Origin: Octopus sinensis | Lineage: Eukaryota | Length of the DNA stretch: 64,000 nt | Reading direction: 5' to 3' | Assembly: GCF_006345805.1 (NCBI RefSeq) | Contig: NC_042997.1 | Span: 176,080,001 to 176,144,000 of the forward strand | Shown here: piece by piece, positions 24,674-35,939 of the stretch | Layout: each line of letters opens with the position of its first letter | How positions within the stretch are numbered: position 1 is the stretch's first letter | The notes under the pieces: model-generated | The model's input: the letters and a program-made list of their open reading frames with translations, nothing else | What the model was told of the DNA's origin: nothing | The model's database searches: none | Position numbers and translations under genes: made by a program

Positions 24674-26486
24674 TGCTCAAGAAATTTAGGAGTAGTTAAA
24701 ATACAAGTTACCAGATCAATTATTATTTTTTAAACCAAATCTTAGTCAAATTTTTGAATTATCAGAGCTCAGGGAATGTTTTCTGGGAGTTTTATGGATA
24801 AATCCAGGTTTAGACTGTCTGAGCTATAGGCCAGACATGTACACTGCAACAAACTTGAAGCTATTATATATTAACCAAAGCCCCAACCTGCTTAACACTC
24901 TTTTACACAGGTCACATGATGAAATAGTGAAACTTGATAAAAATAGAATAGACAGGACTGTCATTACAGTCAACATCATGTAACATTTTAACCTTTGAAG
25001 ATTGACAACAGTTTTATTCTTAAACTTTATTTGAAAATAACAATCTTAAGTCATACAATGATGACTGATGAAAAAGTTTAGTGTTTTCACAAAACAGTCA
25101 AATAATCAAATTGCTGTTTTTGTATTACCCTGTTAAGGCCTGTTTACACTGTTACAGTAGACTATTTAATGTTAAGGCGGCCAGCTGGCAGAAACGTTAG
25201 CGCGCTGGGCGAAATGCTTAGCGGTATTTCGTCTGCCGTTACATTCTGAGTTCAAATTCTGCCGAGGTCAACTTTGCTTTTCATCCTTTCGGGGTCGATA
25301 AATAAAGTACCAGTTACACACTGGGGTTGATGTAATTGACTTAATCCCTTTGTCTATCTTTGTTTGTCCCCTCTATGTTTAGCCCCTTGTGGGCAATAAA
25401 GAAATATATTTAATGTCAGAGCATCTTCTTTTGAGCTTTCCTGCCTGCTAACTCATCAATGATTTCATCAAAATCAATAAGTTACAGTTTATCATTCTTT
25501 ATACAGAGAATACGCAGACCAGACAGTCACTCTTGAGACACAGTTGAACGAAGGTCACTTTTGATCCATTTCAGCTTAGAAAATGATCCCTCTCCAGAAC
25601 AGTTAGGGATTATCAAACTCAGGAACAATCTAAAAATTGCTTACACATCTGGGAAAGCAGCCTGGATTTTCTCTGGTTTTATTATCTGGTAGATGTCTTG
25701 GTGGCTGAAACTTTCTTTTTTTACACAAGCCAGTTTGACATACAAATGGAAAGTCAAGAGTTCATCAACAAGACTGAGATCAACATCCTTTAGATACTCT
25801 TATTCTAGTCTCTTGACATCGTAGAGAATTTATTCCCTCATTGCTTGCAGCTCAGTTGAAAACAAGAAACTCACAAAAACTCCTATGCACAATAGCTCTT
25901 CTGTCAAAATTTGAGTGAAGAGCATCAATTACAGGGATAAATGAACACATCCTAAAATTATCTCTTTTAGGAATTTCATCCAAAGCTTTAGTTGCTCTGT
26001 CATCATTGTGTCGTCATTTTCATACTCTATGCCTTCTTTGGGGAGTTCTGTACTCTACTTCAGGTAGAATAGTTTTTGCTTGCACCTCACTCTCAGCAAA
26101 GTTTTCCTGAATTGTATAGGTATGCATATGTGGTCAATGAAATCTTTGCATGTTGAAGAACATTACTTTGGGAAACTGCTGAAGCAAACCTGTCCATAGA
26201 TGAAGCATGTACACAAATACAAATTCTACCATTTTCTGCAAAAGATTTTGAGCTTGTCGTCTAGTATCACCCTTTCCAGTGTCGTCATCATGGATGTGAC
26301 TGAGTTCTTCAAAAATGTGAGCATAACTTTCACTGATGGCTGTCATAACTCTGGCATGTAACTCCTATCTTGTGCCAGATAACTGTTGCGGAGCTTTCGA
26401 CTTTGGTAGAAGCTGAGAAAAAGCAATAAAGTTCGTTGACAATGCCAAAGAAATTCATCCAAGCAAGAGTCAACTGCAGCTCTTCC

Positions 26487-26789
26487 TGTGGTGTATGCGA
26501 GAGATTTGAAATAAAGGCTCCTACCTTCTCTTCGCTCAGGTGGAGACCCTTCAGTGGTAATGGATCCTTCAACACAACCCGATCCAAACGCTAGAAATAG
26601 CAGCTGCTTCTCCCAACCTTAACAACGTGCTGACTCCATCTTACCCGCTCAGCGACCTGCCTCAAAAGGCAGAATGCTGCCCTTCCTGCACGTGCTCCAC
26701 TGCTGCCCTTCCTGCACACACCCCACTGCTGCCCCTTCCGGTCAGCCCCAAGTTCCGGTCAGCTCCCCAGCTGCTGACGTCATCCCACA
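26487..26789. mobile_element. Solo LTR (303 bp), copy 1
   Basis: TG...CA termini (tgtggtgtatg...catcccaca) with a perfect 5-bp TSD, CTTCC (26482-26486 and 26790-26794). Removing it restores the hAT frame LVG-RAAVD. Confidence 0.88.
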
Positions 26790-28054
26790 CTTCCAACCAG
26801 ATTTAGGAAATGTCCAGCATAGGGAATAAATTTTGCAAACTTATTCTTTTCCAGAATTTTCTGTTGAACATCATTATACCTTCCAGCTGCATTGTCATAT
26901 GATTGACCCCTGCAATTACTGAAAACAATTTCAAGTTCTTCAAAGAAGTTCAGCATCAATTCATCCATTCCTTCCCCTGTGTGATTCTTCTGTTCAATAA
27001 ATGTCAAAAGTTGTTCAATTGGTATTTCATCAAAAGGAGAAACATATCTAACAAATGCAGTGAGTTGATCAACATTGAAAACATCGAGTGTTGAATCAAC
27101 CAACACACTAAAATACCCTGCTTCTTTGATTTCTTTCACTATTTCTTCAAGAATTTTTTTTAGCCACCAGCTGGATAACTTTATCATATATGATTTTGGA
27201 TAGGTATGATGGATGGATGGCCAGTTCCTTTATTTCCATACTGATTTGTGTGGATACATAAAAAGAGATTAAATTTGACAATTAATTCCAACAAACTGAG
27301 AAAGTTTTCATTGTTTGGTTTCATCATGTCTTCTAAAAGCCAATTCACGTTCTGCCAACAGACAAATCACTGCCATCACCCATTGAAGTATATGCCTCCA
27401 ATATTCCTGTCCTGCTTTGATTTGCTCATCAAGTTTTGTTGTAAGCATTTGACCACATTTTCTTGTTAAGTAGATCAACATAGAGTCCATATGACTTTTT
27501 GAATTTTTGTGGGTCTTAATAATTTCAGAATGAGACCAGTTATCAAATCCTGAAGAAGTTAGAGCTGTAGTTGAAGAAACATTCTCAGAGAATTTGGAGA
27601 AAAATTTGCACACAAAACGGTAGACTTTTCCTTTTGTTGGAGAATATACTAGCCATTCTTGAGGCTAGGTTTCTCCATTTATTTTAGTGGAGAAGAATAA
27701 AGTTCTTGAGCAAGAACAAGTTTGGTTTTTGTAGATTCACTTCAAAATTGTGAAAGGTCCATCACAGTATTGACATTCCAAAGGGCCTTTCTTAATCCAG
27801 TATGAAATGTCTTCATTGCTTAATGTGGTCCATAAACCTGTCAATGAAATCAGTTCTTGGAGTTGCTGATAAATATTCTTCAGTGCCACTGATAGTTCTG
27901 ACGAAGGTTCTTGAGTGTCACAGGTAGTTGGAGTTACTGAAAAATATTCCTGGGTATCACTGGCACTAAATGTTACTGATAAATGTTCCTGGGTGTCAAG
28001 TAATGCATCTGAATCTTCTGCATCTGCTGTTGAACTTGTTTGTTCTGGGTAGGC

Positions 28055-28337
28055 TGTGGTGTATGCTGGAGATTTGAAATAAGGACACCTACCTTCTCTT
28101 CGTTGATGGAGACCTCCCCAGTGATAATTCACCCTTCCATGCGGTCCGACCTGAACACTAGAAATAGCAGCTGCTTTTCCCCTACCTTAACAACGAGCTC
28201 ACATGTCCAACTCGCTCGGCTGCCTCGATCGAAAAGGCCCAATGCTGCCCTGCCTGCACGCGCGTCACTCCTGCCCCTTCCTCTTCCTGTCATCCCCAAG
28301 TTCCGGTCAGCTCCCCAGCTGCTGACGTCATCCCACA
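28055..28337. mobile_element. Solo LTR (283 bp), copy 2 of the same family
   Basis: Same termini as copy 1 with a perfect 5-bp TSD, TAGGC (28050-28054 and 28338-28342). Removing it restores the hAT frame SFGFAYPEQTSS. Confidence 0.88.
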
Positions 28338-30729
28338 TAGGCAAAGCCGAATGATCTGATTGACTTTAAGTGTTTGATTATATCTTTTTGTTCTTTTTGG
28401 TGTTTTCTTTTACTTGCACCTCTTTTGTAACATCTACCTCACTGTTACGATTAAAGAGCTGGAGCTGAATATCAGTTGATTGGATTTGATTCTAGAAACT
28501 TAATAATATACAAATTTAAAATCAATATGTAATAAATTAACAAAAGAAATTAGCAATATAATGTAGGAGTGGCTGTGTGGTAAGTAGCTTGCTTACCAAC
28601 CACATGGTTCCAGGTTCAGTCCCATTGCGTGACACCTTGGGCAAGTGTCTTCTACTATAGCCTCGGGCCGAGCAAAGCCTTGGGAGTGGATTTGGTAGAA
28701 GGAAACTGAAAGAAGCTTGTCGTATATATGTGTGTTTGTCCTCCCAATATCACTTAACAACCGATGCTGGTGTGTTTACATCCCTGTAACTTAGTGGTTC
28801 GGCAAAAAAGGCCGATAGAATAAGTACTAAGCTTACAAAGAATAAGTCCTGGGGTCGATTTGCTCAACTAAAGGTGGTACTCCAGCATGGCCATAGTCAC
28901 ATGACTAAAACAAATAAAAAAAGTAAAAACTATTAAAAAAATTAAAATAGAAAGTTCGATAAAAACGTGCAACAAACTAGATCAAACTTACAAAAAATAC
29001 TAAACATGAAACAATGACACACACAAACACAAACAATGACACACACAAACACAAATACTTCATAGCAAAATGTCAACTTAGAGTACGATCTCATTACAGG
29101 ATTTTTTTACATTGCAATTATTTATCAGTGTTATTTTATACCAATACTATGTATTCAAATTATAACTCGTTTTATCTTACTTTCTTTTTTTTATATGTTT
29201 CAACCCCAAGACTGGCCATGCTGGGGCAATTTTTTTACACAGACCAGTGCACATTGCATGTCTGTATATAAATAATTTAAGATGTATTTTTGTATGGGTA
29301 CACACAGTGAAAATATTTTATTATCATCATGTGAATTATTTTATTAAAATATTTTTTATTGGATAATATAATGAGTGTGTTCGTATTGTGTTATATTACT
29401 GGTCAAAAGCAATTTTTGTATAGAGAATTGTTTATACTCAATGTTATGTTAAAAATCACATGTAAAATGCATTCACATTATTAATTTCACTTTTATGCCT
29501 TTTAGGAAAAAAAATTTGAACATTTGACATTTGAAAAATTCATTGTAAAAAATCTGGTGGGCAGGAAGAAGGGCCCCACTGGTCAACAGGGTCCTGTACT
29601 TAAAAACGCCTAAGCACAATGGTATATCCATCACTGGGTAGGGTAGTCTCACCAGATCCAATGAGCCAGAGAACTGTGTCGAACTTCAACGTCTGCTTTG
29701 GTATGGTTTCTAGGAAGGGCTAGGTGCCCTTCCTAACATCAACTATTTACAGAGTATAGTAAATAGTAAATAGAGGTGCTTTTCTCATGCCAGTGTCACA
29801 AGTAAAGTTTACCAAATAACTAACAAAACAAAGAAGCCCCCTGGAAGGTGGTGGCTTTATGTCATGTGTTGAGAGGCTAAAGTATGATAGTGGGACAGGC
29901 ACAGGTGTCTTGCTGTAGAAGAGATATATATCTACTTTGCATTATATAAGAATGGGTGGAAGCAGCTGGAAAGGAGACAGAGATGTTGGTGATGAGATGT
30001 TGGAACGTACAGTCAAGGTACAAGAAGATGAGTATAAGAGAAAATATGAACCAAAGAGAGGTGTGAGTGGATAAGTTCATAGACGTGTGAGAGGAGAGGA
30101 ATAGGTGGGTATGGAAGGAGATAGAGGTTAATATGGTACAATGATGTACAATGATGGAGGTGTGGTTGATGGTAAATATCATAAAGGGGTAGAATGTAAA
30201 AGAAATAGCTTGGGAAAGAGGAAGTAATAAGTGATAATACAGGAAGTGGGGAAGCAACAGCAGTATAATAAACCCATAGATCAGAAAATAAGGAAAACTT
30301 GTAAAGGGCATCACAGACAAGGTATGGTGGCTCCTAGATGTAGCTCAGAGGAGAGGGAGAACTACCTGGAGACAAAGAAAGTGGTGTACAGCAAAGAATA
30401 AAGACAGAAGGGATGAAAATGGGAGTGAAGAATGGATGTTAAAGGAAGTGCTTCCAGGGAGAAGGGAAGATAACTAGTAGCACAAAGAGGAAGAAATATG
30501 TGCAGATTCTGCTGTTATGTGATTACAGCATGTGAATATTGTCATTGTTACGAGAACTGAAGGAGAGTGTTATAAAGGTAAGAGGTAAATAAAGCTTGAT
30601 GTATATAAGTTGAGTGCAGAGACAGTCCAGTGAGTGCATAAACGTAATGCTTTTATGACCTCACTTTTTCTGTAAGGGTCAGGTGTTATCAAGCACAGTG
30701 AAAAGCCAATTACCTCAATTACCTCATTA

Positions 30730-31320
30730 GGCTCATTGCTGTTCATACATAAGCATTGTACAATCTGCTTTTCACAATGATAGAGAGACTTTTGTCACCA
30801 ACAGAATAGCATCTTGAATTCTTTCCATTCTATTCTTATTCTAACAACTTCACTTTCAGAACATCCTCCTCCACTGCTAATTAGGTCTTCTACATAACAG
30901 AAATGACCTACTTCTTGGGAACCACTTGGGTGTTTGAGAGTCTATTTCATGCACTTGGTGTTGATTGCTCTGGTAAAACTTCCATCAACAAAGTCTGCTA
31001 TCTCTGTTAACCTTCTTGTGATTTCACTACTCCTCGTGTGTAATTGCAGCTTACAATGGGCATACCGTATGGAATTTCTACCCAAGCTTTTCCTACATAT
31101 TGAGCAAGATCATTTTCCTGAAGGGACGAAAGTCCCGTCTGTTTCCTTTCTTTACTTCAGTAAACTCCTGAGCCATATGTTAGATTATAGCCACAGTAAT
31201 ACCAATCAGTGGATGACAAGAGTTGCCTCAAAGCAACAGTTGCTTCAGACCTTCAAACATATTATACCTGATCCTTTGGGGAAATTATTCTGACATTTCT
31301 CATTAATGGTATTTGGTAAA
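30730..31320 (-). mobile_element. RTE-clade LINE remnant (Cys-rich insert and RT C-terminus)
   Basis: The minus strand translates as CSICRKSLGRNSIRYAHCKLQLHTRSSEI...HFCYVEDLISSGGGCSESEVVRIRIEWKEFK, typical of RTE-X-like ORFs. Contains stop codons. Confidence 0.7.
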
Positions 31321-31743
31321 CTAGGTATTTATTTTTAAATGGTTAAAATACATAATTATGATCCTTTTCTCTAGTATAATTACTGAGTGCAAGTTGTAAG
31401 TCAAACTGTTAAATAAAGTCTTTTGTTTTAGTGTACCACATAAACACTGAAATATATTAATTGGTTGTATTAATGTATTAATGATAGCTGGCTGTGACAT
31501 ATTTCAAAGATAGGAAATATATGAAACAGCAAACATTTTGCTAGATCTGTTACGTAAAAAAGAAAGCACTGTGCTCCAATTTCTGGTGTAATTGTAATCT
31601 ATCTGGGCTAGTAAATCTTACATGGTATCATCATCGTTTAACATCCGCTTTCCATGCTAGATTGGGTTGGACGATTTTGACTGAGGGCTGACAAACCACA
31701 TGGCTGCACCAGGCTCCAGTCTTGATCTGGCAGAGTTTCTACC

Positions 31744-31971
31744 TATTTCTTTACTGCCCACAAGGGGCTAAACACAGAGGGGACAAACAAGGACAGACAA
31801 ATGGATTAAGTCGATTACATTGACTCCAGTGCATAACTGGTACTTATTTTATCGACCCCGGAAGGATGAAAGGCAAAGTCGACCTCAGCGGAATTTGAAC
31901 TCAGAACGTAATGGCAGACGAAATACCGCTAAGCATTTCGCCTGGCGTGCTAACGATTCTGCCAGCTCACC
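31744..31971 (-). mobile_element. Family A SINE nested in a family C element
   Basis: 14-bp TSD gcagagtttctacc at 31730-31743 and 31972-31985. Confidence 0.9.
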
Positions 31972-33099
31972 GCAGAGTTTCTACCCCTGGATGCCCTTTC
32001 CTAACACCAACCACTCTGAGAGTGTAGTGGGTGCTTTTTACGTGCCACCAGCACAGGGACCAGTCAGGTGGTACTGGCAATGACCTCACTCAAATCTTTT
32101 TACACATGCCACCGGCACAGGTGCCAGTAAAATACTTAAGAAATTAACTCTCAACATGGTGGTGACAAAAACATGAAAACACTTTTTCTGTGCAAAGAGC
32201 ACAGCTACCTAGTGGATTCATGCAATTGAACAGGTATTTTTAACACCAGGCAAAATAAGGATTGCCACAAAGAAATTGTATTCAGTAATACACTGATAGA
32301 AGAGAAGCATCAATGTTGGATGCTCTCTACAGGAAGAAATCATTCAGAAACAATGTTTGAGTGCATTGATCATTTTCATCATACACTTCACATCAGATCA
32401 AGAGTTTTAAAGAAGTAGTTGTCATGTTTAACTTTTTTGTTACCTTATTTTTATTGAAATACACAGTCTTTGTCTCAGATAGTTTTGAAAATAATGAATG
32501 TATTAAAATAGCTTTGTCATTGTTGCTAGTCGAGCACTATGAGTACCATACGAGTGATATTGTTGCCAGAGCAACAAGCTGGCCTTCAGGCCGATGGCAC
32601 GTTAAAAACACCATTTGAGCGTGATCGTTACCTGCGCCACCTTACTAGCACTTGTGCTGGTGGCATGTGAAATATTCAAACGAGGTCGTCGCCAGTGCCA
32701 CTGGACTGGCTCCTGTGCAGGTGGCACGTAAAAAGCATCATTTGGGCATGGCTGTTGCCAGTACCACAAAACTGGCCCTCGTGCTGGTGACACGTAAAAG
32801 CACCCACTACACTCTCAGAGTGGTTGGCATTAGGAAGGGCATCCAGCTGTAGAAACTCTGCCAGATCAGACTGAAGCCTGGCGCAGCCGTCTGGTTCGCC
32901 AGACCTCAGTCAAATCGTCCAACCCATGCTAGCATGGAAAGCGGACGTTAAATGATGATGATGATGATTGTCAAGCTGGTGTTTAGGACATAAATTAGCA
33001 TGAAATTCTAATGGGAGATTTGAATTAAGATTAGTTTAAAACAGGGAGCTTGTAACCTCAAATTAGGGCCAGTTTCAAGTAGATTGGTATCAAAATGGT

Positions 33100-34400
33100 T
33101 AATGCTGTTCAAATAAAGAGTTGCAGATTTGTCATTGAAGAAGAGTTAAAGTTATCTATTCCAAAAATGACTACTTTTTATGATGAGCTATATAATAGTG
33201 ATCTTTTCATCGAAATACCAATGCTGGGAAGGTTGCTGAAAGCAGCAGTTATTGATCTGGAAGAAACCAAATAATGGGTAACATTAAATGCTTTGTCATT
33301 TGTAGTTGAATGGGCTTTGTAGAATGTCTCTCAGTCATTTCTCTAAGCTTACAATTATTTTTGGCCATCTCTGCATCTGCAGATTTATGTAAGAGAAGCT
33401 TTACAAAACTGAGACTTATAAAGAGATGTTTGCAATCTTCCCAATCTTTTGATACGATCAATTGAAAGTGAGTTGGTTGTTGGTATTGATGTCTTTGAAG
33501 GTAGCAAGCTGGCAGAATCGTTAGCATGCCAGGTGAAATGCTCAGCGGTATGTTCTGAGTTCAAATTCCGCCGAGGTCAACTTTGCCTTTCATCCTTTCG
33601 GGGTCAATTAAATAAGTACCAGTTACGCACTGTGGTCGATATAATCGACTTAATCCATTTGTCTGTCCTTGTTTGTCCTCTCTGTTTTTAGCCCTTTGTG
33701 GGTAGTAAAGAAATAGGTATTTCGTCTGCCGTTATGTTGTGAGTTCAAATTCCGCCGAGGTTGACATTGCCTTTCATCCTTTTGGGGTCGATAATTTAAG
33801 TACCAGTTACGCACTGTGGTCGATGTAATCGACTTAATCCATTTGTCTGTCCTTGTTTGTCCTCTCTGTTTTTAGCCCTTTGTGGGTAGTAAAGAAATAG
33901 GTATTGATGTCTTTGAAGGCGGTGAGCTGGCAGAATCGTTAGCACACCAGGCGAAATGCTCAGTGGTATTCCGCCTGTCTTTACGTTCTGAGTTCAAATT
34001 CCGCCAAGGTCGACTTTGCCTTTCATCCTTTCGGGGTCGATTAAATAAGTACCAGTTACGCACTGCGATCAATATAATCGACATAATCTGTTTGTCTGTG
34101 CTTGTTTTGTCCTCTCTGTGTTTAGCCCCTTGTGGGTAGTAAAGAAATAGGTATTTCGTCTGCCGTTACATTGTGAGTTCAAATTTCACTGAGGTCAACT
34201 TTGCCTTTCATCCTCTTGGAGTCAATTAAATAAGTACCAGTTACGCACTGGGGTTGATATAATCGACTTAATCCATTTGTCTGTCCTTGTTTGTCCTCTC
34301 TGTTTTTAGCCCCTTGTGGGTAGTAAAGAAATAGGTATTGGTGTCTTTAAAGTGATTAACAAGAATGCAACTATGAAGGCTTGGAAAGGCAAGTTCTGAA
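33100..34400 (+). mobile_element. Second hAT transposase remnant (C-terminal dimerisation domain), split by a SINE multimer
   Basis: LQLFLAISASADLCKRSFTKLRLIKRCLQSS at ~33345-33440 continues after the SINE array as VFKVINKNATMKAWKGKF*. Confidence 0.65.
33497..34335 (+). repeat. Tandem tetramer of family A SINE (two full-plus-headless dimers)
   Basis: Four successive SINE bodies. The flank ggtattg(a/g)tgtcttt(g/a)aag occurs three times (~33482, 33900, 34336). Confidence 0.9.
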
Positions 34401-34960
34401 TAAGTTGAGATGTTCTCAGTTCTGAACCACGCGTATATCTGCTCCTGATTATTTTTATGAATATATTTCCATATGCATTTGTCTACAAGTCCCACATTGC
34501 TTGGGCTGTTATTGATTATGCAGACCTAATCCATTAATGCATATCGTTTATCAATAAACTTTAATGCTAAAACTATATCCATTCAGTTGGGATATCTTCA
34601 CATTTATCAAACAGGGTGTATTGCAAAACATGCTTTTGTTTTGTTGATTTATGTATCAATAAATATGCAAACATAAAACCAAAAAGGCCTAGGTGTGGCT
34701 TATGAACCATATGGTTTTGGGTTCAATCCCACTGCATGGTACCTTCGGCAAGTATCTTCTACAGTATACTCCATAAGTGTCTTCCACTTGTGAATGGATT
34801 TAATTAGTTGTTCATAAGTCAAAGAAAAGTGCACTCTAAAATGTATTTTTGAACAGAGCAGAAATGGTGTTTGCCAGTAACAACAGTGATTACAATGGCA
34901 ACAACAACAGCAGCGCTGACATTGAGTCCAGTATCAACAGCAGTGATAGCAGCAGCAACA

Positions 34961-35305
34961 GGAGGCACAATGTCCCAGTGGTTAGGGCAGCGGACTCGCA
35001 GTCGGAAGATCGCGGTTTCGATTCCCAGACTGGGCATTGTGTGTGTTTATTGAGCGAAAATACCTAAAAGCTCAACGAGGCTTCAGCAGGGGGGGGGGGC
35101 GACCCCTGTTGTACTCTTTCGCTCCAACTTTCTCTCACTCTTTCTTCCTTTTTCTTGTTCCCAACTTCCTGCGCAACCACTGAGCCTGGATGCACATTCA
35201 TCCATCCGTCGATGCTCTCGGTGTCGGGGATTGACCTGCTTTCTCTTTTGCGGGTCTTACGAATAGCAAAGGACCATAGTTTGGACTGCTCGGACCAGAC
35301 CACTC
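34961..35305 (+). mobile_element. tRNA(Arg-like)-headed SINE, family D, variant 1
   Basis: Head ggaggcacaatgtcccagtggttagggcagcggactcg...ggtttcgattccc. Inserted in a CAG/CAA-rich tract. Confidence 0.75.
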
Positions 35306-35344
35306 AACAGCAACAGCACCAATAACTTAAGGACATGTACATTG

Positions 35345-35680
35345 AAATATGTTGGAGCAATGGACTTTACACTGCAATTAAATAACCACAAGTCCACTTT
35401 CAGGATCCCAGAAAGGTGCAACGTTACATCTTTGGTCAGCTACATGTGATGTTTAAAAGAAAAGGGGACATCACACAGGATTAAATGGTGGCTCCTGGAA
35501 CAGCCTAGATCAAACCTCAATGGGGGCAGATGATGCCAACTTTGCTTGGCTGAGAGAGAGCAAGGATCCTAATAAATTTGCTGGACCCAGGGGCCTTCTT
35601 AAATTCTAACAGCAAGATGTTTAGTCAGTGTCCTCATGAGAGAAAATTCATGTTAACTTGGAATTCCCTGCTTGCTGACA
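35345..35680 (+). mobile_element. Penelope-like element GIY-YIG endonuclease C-terminal remnant
   Basis: With frameshifts: YVGA.DFTLQLNNHKSTF...IKWWLLEQ...CQLCLAERE...LNSNSKMFSQCPHERKFML. This resembles the CxLCLxEK...LNxRxE.xxxCxH end of Penelope/Neptune ORFs. Confidence 0.65.
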
Positions 35681-35939
35681 AGTGAACAAATCATCATCAT
35701 CATCATCGTTTAACGTCCGCTTTCCATGCTAGCATGGGTTGGACGGTTCAACTGGGGTCTGGGGAGCCCGAAGGCTGCACCAGGCCAGTCAGATCTGGCA
35801 GTGTTTCTACAGCTGGATACCTTTCCTAACGCCAACCACTCCGAGAGTGTAGTGGGTGATTTTATGTACATAAACTGACACTTTTTGGGCACAACTAGAA
35901 CCAGGCAAAGGGAGATAACTATCTCATCTGGAAGGGGTT

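Larger units (their letters stand above)
25420..28430 (-). mobile_element. hAT DNA transposon transposase, pseudogenised and interrupted by two solo LTRs
   Basis: Minus-strand pieces in order: GASKRKHQKEQK, GFDNWSH, ERELAFR, YFSVLVDSTLDVFNVDQL, CRGQSYDNAA, HFLNLVG|RAAVDSCL, NFFGIVNELYCFFSAST, and the C-terminal dimerisation motif NCSGEGSFSKLKWIKSDLRST. TIRs not located. Confidence 0.92.

Noticed and set aside
26487-28337. The two LTRs as the ends of one retrotransposon that captured hAT sequence
   Set aside because: Each LTR has its own different perfect TSD, and the hAT reading frame continues outside both.
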